Source: an uncultured virus (IMG/VR IMGVR_UViG_3300042298_003554) (lineage: Duplodnaviria > Heunggongvirae > Uroviricota > Caudoviricetes). From it: DNA of 64,000 nt. Below the pieces are notes generated by a model. That model did not search any database and was not told the origin of the DNA. It saw only the letters and a program-made list of their open reading frames with translations. Every line of letters starts with the position of its first letter. Positions within the stretch are counted from its first letter, which is position 1. The DNA is taken from the IMG/VR virus record IMGVR_UViG_3300042298_003554. One strand, 5' to 3'. Of this stretch, positions 41,728 through 51,400 are shown piece after piece. Both the position numbers and the translations under genes were made by a program.

Positions 41728-42287
41728 ATATTACCTTCGAGGCACTTGATTGTTAATATCTTTTCGCCACCGCGTATAATTTTATTACTTAAATTATCAT
41801 ATACTGCGAATTGAAATAAACTTATGCTATTATAATTAGTATCAGTTATAGAAATAGTAGCTGGTATTGTAGCTCTTCTATATGTTCGTTCTTCTCCATT
41901 TTCGGTTTCTGTGTATGTTACAAAACTTGGAGATGATAAAGAGATATTTTGAGGTAATGTATTTTGAGTTAATTCTGTTAAGACAAAATTATAATCAAAT
42001 GGTGCTGGTTTAAGTTTGTCCACTGTTATTGTAAATAATCCACCCGCACAACAGAAGTTGTTTATAAGATAGTTGGGTGGAACCACTGCTGTATTTTCAT
42101 AAAAAAATAAAATTTCTGGTATTGGTTCAAAACAAATTTTTTGACTTATAAACTCCACAATACTACCATCTGTTAACTTTGTGTATAATCTACCAGTAGT
42201 GCTATTAATAACCAATTCTCCGACATCAACCTGATCTGCGGCCGGGAATCCTGATTCTTCTATATCTCTTTTCAGTAATAATTTCAT
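41724..42287 (-). CDS. Small fibre-like protein: fibre N-terminal attachment motif plus one divergent Cys-repeat unit
   Basis: LKR...P...VDVGELVINSTTGRLYTK is a common phage tail fibre N-terminal motif. NNFCCAGGLFTITVDKLKP resembles the last unit of the 1008-aa protein (DNSCCIGQKLLSVNVTNAVP). GAGGAG RBS upstream. Confidence 0.6.
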   Translation of the reverse strand: MKLLLKRDIEESGFPAADQVDVGELVINSTTGRLYTKLTDGSIVEFISQKICFEPIPEILFFYENTAVVPPNYLINNFCCAGGLFTITVDKLKPAPFDYNFVLTELTQNTLPQNISLSSPSFVTYTETENGEERTYRRATIPATISITDTNYNSISLFQFAVYDNLSNKIIRGGEKILTIKCLEGNI

Positions 42288-42299
42288 TTAAATTCTCCT

Positions 42300-44852
42300 C
42301 TAAACAGCACATATTCCAGTAAATAATATAACACCAAAATCAAAATTAGTCAATTCATCATTTTTCTTATTCTCTTCTTCTTCTAAGTCTGGATCTTCTA
42401 ATAAAACACCTGTAGTATATACATAATTATACGCACTTTTACCATTATTAGTGTTAATAGCGCTAATTCTATACAGATAATTTGTAATACCATCCAGGCC
42501 TGTTTCATTATGAGAGCTATCTTCATTGTACGGAATAAACGCTATATTAAACCAACTAGATCCACCATCTGTTGATTCTTCTATTAGATATCCACTAGCA
42601 CCATATGATCCCCATGAATTAGTCGGTGTCCAAGATAGATCAACATCAGATATTGTAAGAGTATCTATTTTTCTAGTAACAGTAAAATTTGTTGGACTCT
42701 GAGGAAGACCCGTGTTGCTCACAAAAGTGATATCGGTAGCCTCAGAATAAGGACCAATACCAACTCCATTTTGTGCAGCTACTCTAAAAATAGCTGGGGC
42801 AGCAACCTGTGTTATTGTAGCCGATGTTTGAGTATTAAAACCCCTAAGAACACCGATTGTTTCGTTAGGTACATCTATCCAGTTTTCTCCATTATTATGA
42901 GATAGTTGTATTAGATAATTAAGTATTGCTGATCTACCATCACTAACTGGCGCGTCCCAGCGAATAGAGTGCTCATTATTTCCAACTCCACCATAACCAT
43001 TAGCTATTCCGGCCACGCCGGACGGAGCGTCTGGTATAATAGGATTAACTCTTGGAGTTCTTGATACTATCTGACCTTCCGAATTTACTGTTAATAAAGC
43101 ATTTCTTATATATTTCCCTTTATTATCTACAGCTGGTTTTGGTCTAAGAAATATATCCTCTGTAATAATACTTTTACTATATGTATGACCACTAATCGTC
43201 ACATCGGCATAAGCTATCAATTCTCCATTACCACTTGGTATTGATCCCATTTTATACGGATCATTAGTTTTTATACAAACCTTACCGGCGCGATCAAAAC
43301 CCCAGCCTATCGGATGTGTTTTGGCTCTATCTATAAACTTACTATATATTACGCCACTCGGTGATCCACTAACGCTATTAGGAACACTAGCGTCCACACG
43401 GAAAACAGGTGTTAGTCCTTGTGGTAGAAAATTATCATTAAGATCAAAGATACTATTATAGTTATTAAAGTTTGTATTTTCTTTTCCATAAATAACAAAA
43501 TCTATATCCTCTCCTAGCATATTAAAAGCAGTATGGATACTTGGTCTTATACTAAGATTATTAATTGTAGAAGGTTTAAATCTTAATGGAATAGTAATAG
43601 GTGTTTCTAACAGAGTTCCATCGTCTTGTGTTTCTATTGTACCAATAGCATCTATTTCTTCATTTTGGTTGTTAGTATATGTTATATTATCTGTAGCATT
43701 TGGTTCCAATTGCATAGGAAAATAACCGCCTTTTGTAACAGAAAATAGTAGCACATTTGCTCCTATCGCCCCTGAGCCTATTCCTTCTGGTTCTTCGGGA
43801 GCTATCTCTATTTCATAGGCTGGTACCGCGCCTTCGTTAGCAGGACCATTTGGATCGATAATGCTTACGGTTTTTAAACTTTCCTCAAAATTAAATTCTG
43901 CTTCGATCTTTTCTTGGCTAGAAGCTTTCGCTACGAAAGCAAATTTGGTATATCCTACAATAATATCTCCTATAGCAGTTTCAACACATAAAGTGTCTGA
44001 ACCGGTACCCAATTCATTCGCAAGAATTTCTGTATCAGATCCTATCGCCGGATACGGCGACCATGATCTGTTTGTCTTATAAATATATAGCCGACCATTT
44101 CTTATTAAAGCCGGTCTTTTAGGATATCTAATCCAGTTTATACCTATTCTTTCTAATCCTTCTAGTGGTGCATCGACACTATAATTTTCTCTTAGATAAA
44201 CTGCCGGTTTCCATTCGGCTGGTTCTCCTGAGCCAGCATGTGTGAGTATGAATCCTCTATAAGAATCCAAATTATTATTTGGTCCAAGATTTATTCCAGA
44301 ATTAGCATAAATAATAGTATTTGCTGTTATGGTTGCTGGTGTTATGACTGGCGGTTCAGAAGCGTCTGTTTCTTCTGGTTTTAGTATAAGCCCATCAAAT
44401 GAAGAAAGATTTGCCAAATCAACTATTTCTCCGGCTTCATAATGTGGCGGAACAACATATAAAGGACCGCCAGGATTAGCGGATGGGAATTTTAAAATAT
44501 TATTTCCACTATCATATGTTATGATATCTGTTGCCAAAATATTATCATCGTCAATTTTTACAGCTATACCGCCAGTCACACCCGGATAGAAAGGCAAAGG
44601 ATTACCTAAATTATCTATTTTGGAATATTCTACAGAACTAAGATTTATACTTCTTAGTCCGCTAACATCAACAAAAGATGGACTTATTAATCTAATTCCA
44701 CTATTTGCTACTAAGTACATTGTTCCACTAGCAGCTAGACTAACATCTTTACTACTTAATAGATTATAATATACTCCATCTACTTTTTTATTTCCTGTTT
44801 GTAATCTTACTCCAGACCAGTTTCTGGGACTAAGAATATTATACCATAACAT
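42300..44852 (-). CDS. Tail fibre-like protein with two C-terminal fibronectin type III domains
   Basis: PDAPSGV...IRWDAPVSDGRSAILNY...FRVAAQNGVGIGPYS and PQSPTNF...LSWTP...YLYRISAIN. Confidence 0.75.
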   Translation of the reverse strand: MLWYNILSPRNWSGVRLQTGNKKVDGVYYNLLSSKDVSLAASGTMYLVANSGIRLISPSFVDVSGLRSINLSSVEYSKIDNLGNPLPFYPGVTGGIAVKIDDDNILATDIITYDSGNNILKFPSANPGGPLYVVPPHYEAGEIVDLANLSSFDGLILKPEETDASEPPVITPATITANTIIYANSGINLGPNNNLDSYRGFILTHAGSGEPAEWKPAVYLRENYSVDAPLEGLERIGINWIRYPKRPALIRNGRLYIYKTNRSWSPYPAIGSDTEILANELGTGSDTLCVETAIGDIIVGYTKFAFVAKASSQEKIEAEFNFEESLKTVSIIDPNGPANEGAVPAYEIEIAPEEPEGIGSGAIGANVLLFSVTKGGYFPMQLEPNATDNITYTNNQNEEIDAIGTIETQDDGTLLETPITIPLRFKPSTINNLSIRPSIHTAFNMLGEDIDFVIYGKENTNFNNYNSIFDLNDNFLPQGLTPVFRVDASVPNSVSGSPSGVIYSKFIDRAKTHPIGWGFDRAGKVCIKTNDPYKMGSIPSGNGELIAYADVTISGHTYSKSIITEDIFLRPKPAVDNKGKYIRNALLTVNSEGQIVSRTPRVNPIIPDAPSGVAGIANGYGGVGNNEHSIRWDAPVSDGRSAILNYLIQLSHNNGENWIDVPNETIGVLRGFNTQTSATITQVAAPAIFRVAAQNGVGIGPYSEATDITFVSNTGLPQSPTNFTVTRKIDTLTISDVDLSWTPTNSWGSYGASGYLIEESTDGGSSWFNIAFIPYNEDSSHNETGLDGITNYLYRISAINTNNGKSAYNYVYTTGVLLEDPDLEEEENKKNDELTNFDFGVILFTGICAV

Positions 44853-44865
44853 ATAAACTCCTCAC

Positions 44866-47800
44866 TTAGAATAAACCGGGTCTACCATCGTCTCGACACC
44901 AATGCGGAATATTATTTGTAGCAATTAAATTTTCATCTTCACAATCTGCTTCGTTTTCTGTTCCATCCGCATTAACAATGGGAGGCGGATTAGTTTCGCC
45001 ATATATACCACCTCCACCACCCCAACTCGATGAAGTATTATTATTCCAGAATGTATCGCTATTGATACCTCCGACATCTGTGCTTAACGGAGGTATTACG
45101 CCAGCCGCTTGTTGTTCTATAGTGTCGGCGGTAAGATCTGGTACGAATCCAATATCTTTCAATGAGGATCTAACGGTGCCGTCTCTTACAAAAATCTTAT
45201 CAACCACCAACCAACCACTAACAGTTAAATTAGCTAAAACTTGTTTTGGTGGATCGGTACTGTTTTCAGATAACAATTCTGTTGCTACAACATACGGCTC
45301 AAAAGTACCCATTGTAATAGCTGGTGAACCACTAACAAAGATTGATTCCTGGTATTCGAAATACGCAGCTTTATGCCATTGGTTAAAGCTGGGTAAGAAA
45401 TACTTTCTATTATTATTAGCTGTTATATAATAAGTACTACCAGCTAATAGTATTGTATATGCACCATCATTAATAATACTATTTGCATCATTTGAACTAA
45501 CTTCTTCCGGAGCGTCATTATGTAACCAATTAATAAATTGCAAGCTATTAATATAATTAACATAATTAACAGGTTTATCTTCCATATTTGGTTTTATTGA
45601 ATATTCAAATACTAAACCATTAGTAGATCTTAGTATACCCCCATTTTGAGCATTTGTCATATTTGGATTATATAATCCGGTAGTAACAGGATCTCCAACA
45701 GTGGTTGCTACACTATTTAAGAATTGAACATATTGCTTATTAGTAACCTCGTATCTGCCTATACGATAATTTTTATCCACAACACCAAGATTTGGAATAA
45801 TAATATTTTGATAAGTATTGTTAGAAAATTGTAAGTACAGATCCTTTGTATCTGCTATATTATTCTCATTAATAATATTTACAAAACTTAAATTTAAACT
45901 TGAACTATTTGATATATTGGCATTATCAACTAGATTACTAATGCTAGCTACTCTAAAACCAACGTAATCGTATCCGGAAATAATCGGAAATTGCTGTATT
46001 CCTCTTAAATAGATAGAATCAGCATCCGGAGATACGCTGCCAGTAACAGGTGTTCTGTAGGATCCGCCAGCAGCATATTCTAATGTTACTATACCATCCG
46101 TAATATCGGACTCTATCCACTCTGCAACATTACCATTTTGATCATATGTTCCATAATAACTACTCTTACCATTAGTACCAACAGAAGATAGTATACCACT
46201 AAATAAATTATTAGTTAAGCTATAGTTATAATTAGCTGTGCTAAAATTATTAGTTAAACCGCTACCAACAGTATTTATTACAATAGGTTTTATATTATCG
46301 TCTTTAGTGGCAAAATTATAATATGTTCCAGAAACCGTTGTGATAGATCCTACACTAGCATGTACTTTTAGTGCTGGTCTAATATCAGCACCATAAACTG
46401 TAAAATCAATATCTTTTTGAGCAGTATTAAAGACTGTCTCCGTTTTTGGTCTTACGCTAAGAATATTCGATGTGCTATCCGATGAAGATTCAGAAGAAAA
46501 TTTTTGAATTGTTAAATAGCCACCCTTTGTTACTGAAGCAATAGTAATATTATTAATTTCATTGGTAGAAACATTTTGATCTAAAATTATTTCTGTTATG
46601 AAAGCTTCGTTGGTTACTAAGGATGTTATATTCCTATATATAGAACTATTACTAGTAATAATTTCTACCTGATCTCCAACACTAAATTCTTCTATTGGAG
46701 TATCCTCAGATAAAATAACTTGTTTTAAACACACACTAGCTATTTTTGGAGTATATTTGTTCCAGGTTATATCTTTTTCTGTTAGAAAATAATCATCTAA
46801 ATCATATAATCCAACAAGATTGTTGGTACTGTCTGTGGTTAAAAATTTATTGCCAGATATATTATTGAAGATTAAGCCATTATTTCCACTATTAACTGTT
46901 ATACCATTAATCGGAACAATAGTCTTATTATTAGATATGGTCAACAAACTACTAGTTGCTATATTGGGTAGTGTTATGGTATTAGAACTAATATTATTAG
47001 CAGATAAAGTGCCGTTACTGGTGATGGATCCCGTACCCAAAAGTAGTGAATTATAGTCTAAAGATATGCTTCTATTGGTATTATTAAGCGTTATATATGT
47101 ATTAGATGTTCCAATAGTACTTAGAGTAGATGATCTAATATCAATATTATCACCAGAAATATTTATATTACCATTATTATTAATATTTATTCTTTTATTG
47201 TTACTATAACCAAGATTAATACTATCTAAGCTTCCGGACACTAGTGGCTGTTGACTCGAACCAGAACTAACAGTCAATACCAACCCACCATTACCGTTGG
47301 TAGTGTCAGATGCTATACTATATATGGTTGCATAATCTTTTTGATTATTATTAACATCTCTTCCAGCTAAGTTTAATATAGAACATACTCCACCATTACT
47401 AAGTGATGATGGTTTGTGATAAACTGTTAATTTTGCTGGTTGACAAGTTGTTCTATTTTCCAGTCTTAATATTTCACTGCAACTATAATTTACAACATGA
47501 AAAATAGTTTGTGGTCTGGATCCTGATGGAATATTTATACCAACCCTACCATCATAACTAAAGAAAAGATTTCGATACGGTTGTCCACTGCCATAAACTA
47601 TAAAATCACTCGGTTGCAAATCTTGATTAAATATTGTGTTTGCTGAACCGGATGTTGGTATAACAGTATGGGCCAAAGATTCTGAGCTTGATCCTAATAA
47701 TAATTTATTAGTATTTCCAGAACTCCAATACAATTCTGAGCCTAATAAGCCATTGGATCCATCATTATATTGAAAAGAATATGCTGCTCCACCAGGATTA

Positions 47801-48435
47801 CTTAACGACGAAAAAGAGTCATCTGATAACGAAGCAAAATTTAATTGATCATTTTGATTAAGAGAGTACCATGCTTGTCCATCGCAAACCAGCCTGGTTG
47901 ATGTGCTTGTTGACTCAAAAATTAAACCATCACAATCTCTAATTATTATGTTGTGAGCAGAAGACAGTGCTTTGATATCTATAACAATATTTCTAGCTTT
48001 TTTAGGGTCTGGTAATACACAATCAATATTTTTATCATTGTTATCTACCAAATAAATGCTTGTTACATTATCGATAGTAAAATGATCGTTCTTAACAATA
48101 ACATTATTAAAACTACTATTAAAATTATTATTATTTACAAAAAGATAAAACTCATTTTCATTACCAATAAAATTAACTGGTTTGTTATTATTTGATGAAT
48201 TTGTAACCTCTATTCTTTTAACTACTAATAAACCATCACTATACTGTATTTCGCCAACTCCGGTTTCCCATTTGTATCCATCTTTAATATTACGAATTAA
48301 GTATGGAATAAAATATCCAATAGTATCTTGTTCTAATGCTTTATAGCCATTAATAGCATTATGCTGAATAAAAGTGTTATTACTAACAGAACAAAGAAAT
48401 CCTATGTTATTAAATATTTTAGTAATTTTATTCAT
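44866..48435 (-). CDS. Tail fibre-like protein with a circularly permuted FGE-sulfatase (CLec-fold) domain
   Basis: Fibre N-terminal motif WETGVGE...R..V..SSNNNKPVNF. FGE motifs YGTYDQNGNVAEW, GGSY and VGFRVAS come before IGRYEVTNKQYVQFLN, PVNYVNY and LPSFNQWHKAAY. Confidence 0.75.
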   Translation of the reverse strand: MNKITKIFNNIGFLCSVSNNTFIQHNAINGYKALEQDTIGYFIPYLIRNIKDGYKWETGVGEIQYSDGLLVVKRIEVTNSSNNNKPVNFIGNENEFYLFVNNNNFNSSFNNVIVKNDHFTIDNVTSIYLVDNNDKNIDCVLPDPKKARNIVIDIKALSSAHNIIIRDCDGLIFESTSTSTRLVCDGQAWYSLNQNDQLNFASLSDDSFSSLSNPGGAAYSFQYNDGSNGLLGSELYWSSGNTNKLLLGSSSESLAHTVIPTSGSANTIFNQDLQPSDFIVYGSGQPYRNLFFSYDGRVGINIPSGSRPQTIFHVVNYSCSEILRLENRTTCQPAKLTVYHKPSSLSNGGVCSILNLAGRDVNNNQKDYATIYSIASDTTNGNGGLVLTVSSGSSQQPLVSGSLDSINLGYSNNKRININNNGNINISGDNIDIRSSTLSTIGTSNTYITLNNTNRSISLDYNSLLLGTGSITSNGTLSANNISSNTITLPNIATSSLLTISNNKTIVPINGITVNSGNNGLIFNNISGNKFLTTDSTNNLVGLYDLDDYFLTEKDITWNKYTPKIASVCLKQVILSEDTPIEEFSVGDQVEIITSNSSIYRNITSLVTNEAFITEIILDQNVSTNEINNITIASVTKGGYLTIQKFSSESSSDSTSNILSVRPKTETVFNTAQKDIDFTVYGADIRPALKVHASVGSITTVSGTYYNFATKDDNIKPIVINTVGSGLTNNFSTANYNYSLTNNLFSGILSSVGTNGKSSYYGTYDQNGNVAEWIESDITDGIVTLEYAAGGSYRTPVTGSVSPDADSIYLRGIQQFPIISGYDYVGFRVASISNLVDNANISNSSSLNLSFVNIINENNIADTKDLYLQFSNNTYQNIIIPNLGVVDKNYRIGRYEVTNKQYVQFLNSVATTVGDPVTTGLYNPNMTNAQNGGILRSTNGLVFEYSIKPNMEDKPVNYVNYINSLQFINWLHNDAPEEVSSNDANSIINDGAYTILLAGSTYYITANNNRKYFLPSFNQWHKAAYFEYQESIFVSGSPAITMGTFEPYVVATELLSENSTDPPKQVLANLTVSGWLVVDKIFVRDGTVRSSLKDIGFVPDLTADTIEQQAAGVIPPLSTDVGGINSDTFWNNNTSSSWGGGGGIYGETNPPPIVNADGTENEADCEDENLIATNNIPHWCRDDGRPGLF

Positions 48436-48441
48436 ATTAGC

Positions 48442-51400
48442 CTATGCAATATCATTAGGGTTAATATCTATATCAAAGTTGATAGTATTATTTTCTGGAT
48501 TTTTAGCTTTTAGATCTTGGAAAGCGGATCTTATAGCAGATATGGCTATTCCTGCCATGTCTGGTCGTAATTGATTCAAAACTGTGTCTCCGTTGATAGT
48601 AACAACAACATCGTGTTTTCCTGTGATAGTAATTTGTGGAGGTATATAAATATTACTAAGTATATTGGCGATATTATTTAATCTATTAACAAAATTATCA
48701 ATACTAGAAATATCACCGCCACTGTTAGATACACCACCAGAGCTATTGTTTGGTTGTTTTAGTGCCGAAACAGCTTTATTGAAAGCTTCTGTTATACTAC
48801 TAGAAACAGATACCATAATATTGTTCATAAAAGAGGTAAAATCGAAACCGGATCCGGCCGGTGTTCCTCCTCCGCCTTCTCTGTATAGTGGCAAATAGCC
48901 ACCACCGCTAAGATAGTTTACAATACCTCCTCTGCTATAATTCCCATTATTAATAGCTTCAAGGACTGGTCTGTATTTTTGAGTCGAAGCTCTGTTAATA
49001 ACAAATTCACCAGGAGTTAGCATGGCCGGAACAGTATCTGTTCCTTTTGGTCTAAAATTAATAAAGCTCCCATTGCTAGCGTATACTATACCTCCACGAG
49101 CAAGAGCTTGTTGGTTTTCTGGTTTTTGTTCTTCTGTTTTAGACTCTTGTATTCTAACTGTTATTAAATCTTTCATTCTGTTAGTGTCTGGTAATTCGCC
49201 ATATTTATCTGCGGTTAATAACTTATGATGCTGAATATAATTATCTTTATTCCCAATAGTTGTAACAGGATCTTCTAAATTCCTATCACCACCAGCTGTA
49301 GTATTTGGTTTGGGGGCATTACCATTGAGAGCATCTAAACTGCCTTGTAACATATCATTATTTAATCCAGCATTTAATAAAGTGTCTTGCGCCGTGTACC
49401 ATGGTTTAAGACCCTCTGCTGCTGCTGCAAATTCTGATAAATTATTTTTAGTAAAATAATCGGATAAAACCTTAAGATAGCTCTGTCGTTTTTCGCTATT
49501 TTCAAATAAATTTTCTGGAGCTAATCCTATACGTTCAACATCCTGAATAGTTTTAGGATTTTTTATATTATCAGATTTTATTTCTGTTTTATTACCATCT
49601 TTATCAACAGTATACAGCTTTGTTTTTGATGCTTCCAGATCTAAACTTTTTAATGAATCTTCTGGTATTTCTCCACTGGCATTTTTACTAATAGCTATAG
49701 CCTTTTCTCTTGCTATAATTTGTTTAATTCCATCTGCATCAACTGTTCCCTTTTCAACATCAACACCAAAAGTTTTCAAATATGCCACAGTAGCCGGTAT
49801 TCTGCTTTCTGCATCTTTACCTATACCTCCTGGTTGATATAATTCGCTAAATAGTGCTCTCCAAGCGTTAATTTCTGCCCATTGAGGAGATTTATTATCT
49901 ATTTTTTTGAGATAATTATTTAAATATCCAGCAACACCTCCAACGTCTTCTATCTTTGTTATACTAGGAACTCCGATTCCGTAGGCGCTCAATGTAGTAG
50001 ATGCAATTCTCTGTATTTCTTGTGCTAATTTTGTTCTTGTTGCTGTTGTAAATGCGCTTTCTGCTGTTGATAATTTTTTGAATCTATCTCCTGTGACTTT
50101 TGAGGCTCTTTCTTTAGTCAACTCCATTTCTTTAGCTTTTATTCTTTCGTCTCTTGCTTTTTGGTATTCTGTAGCATCAATAGTCATACTTTCTAAAATA
50201 GGATTCGTGCCATCACTAGACGGTATAATATATGGTTTAATATCTTCTGGTAAATCTTTAATTACTCTAAATTCGCTTGGATCAACACTGCTGATACCTC
50301 CTATATATTGTCCATTCAATTTTAAGCTTGATAAAGATCCAAATTCTTCATTAACTGGAGGCATCTCTCCTGTATCAGTATTCCATGATGGTAATCTAGC
50401 ACCTAAATATTCATTAAGACTTGTTCCAGCATACAGTATCGGCTTCTCTGTATTGTATAATGGATTTAATTTTGGATCTCCAGCTTTTGGTGGAATATAA
50501 GTATATTCATAAGGGCTACCATAGTTTCGCGATGTTGTATTTAATAGGTTACCTGTTATAGTTTTTGCTGGAATAAAAAATCGACCACCAGCAGATCCAA
50601 TGGGTGTTTCTGTTACCTTAAATAAAGCATCTCCAGCTTCTGTGTTAAATTCTTTTTGTGCTAATTTTAAATTACTCACATCTAATTTTGTATCATTTGT
50701 AATCCATGGAAATTGACGTTTGTTGTCAGTGTTTGGTTGATTATTGACTATAGGGATAATACTTATTGTATCATTCCAATTGGACATGGCTGTGTTATCT
50801 TCTACTGCTTTCTGATAATTCGGATCTGATTGAATGGTATTCCATTTTTCTTCTGCCATATTATATAATGTTATTGGCTTCTTAACAAAATCCGGATCGC
50901 CGATAGACGTATGAAATATTCTATTCTTATACAAAGCATCTAATGAGGCTAGTGTTTCTTTGTTATAAATAGAGGCATCGGACTCTACGGTAGAAGTATC
51001 AACTTTCTCACCGGCTCCTTCTCCAGGATCTAGTATCTTATCATCAAAAAGACTAAGAGCCTTAAGAGCCTGTCGAGTTTTTTGTATAACTTGTATCGTA
51101 TTATTGACTAAATCAACTTTATTATGAGAGTCTAAATTATCTTGTTGTAAATCTTTACCAGCTAATACTCGAGGAGGAGTATTTACATACGCTGCAAACT
51201 TTGCTGGTGAATCCGCTAATGTAAATGGCGACACTCCCTCAAAGCCAACACCTCCTTGTTTAAGGATACGTGGTATTTCATCAAATATACCCCAATAGGA
51301 TTTCTCATTGTCTTGTATAAGATCTTCAACTACCTTTAGATAGGAGTATCCCTTATAGTCTCCGTCGCGACGAGTACGTCTTTTTGGTTTTCTTGAAAAA

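Noticed and set aside
45943..46080. Diversity-generating retroelement target
   Set aside because: The CLec-type fold is present, but I saw no reverse transcriptase and no adenine-variant template repeat in this window.
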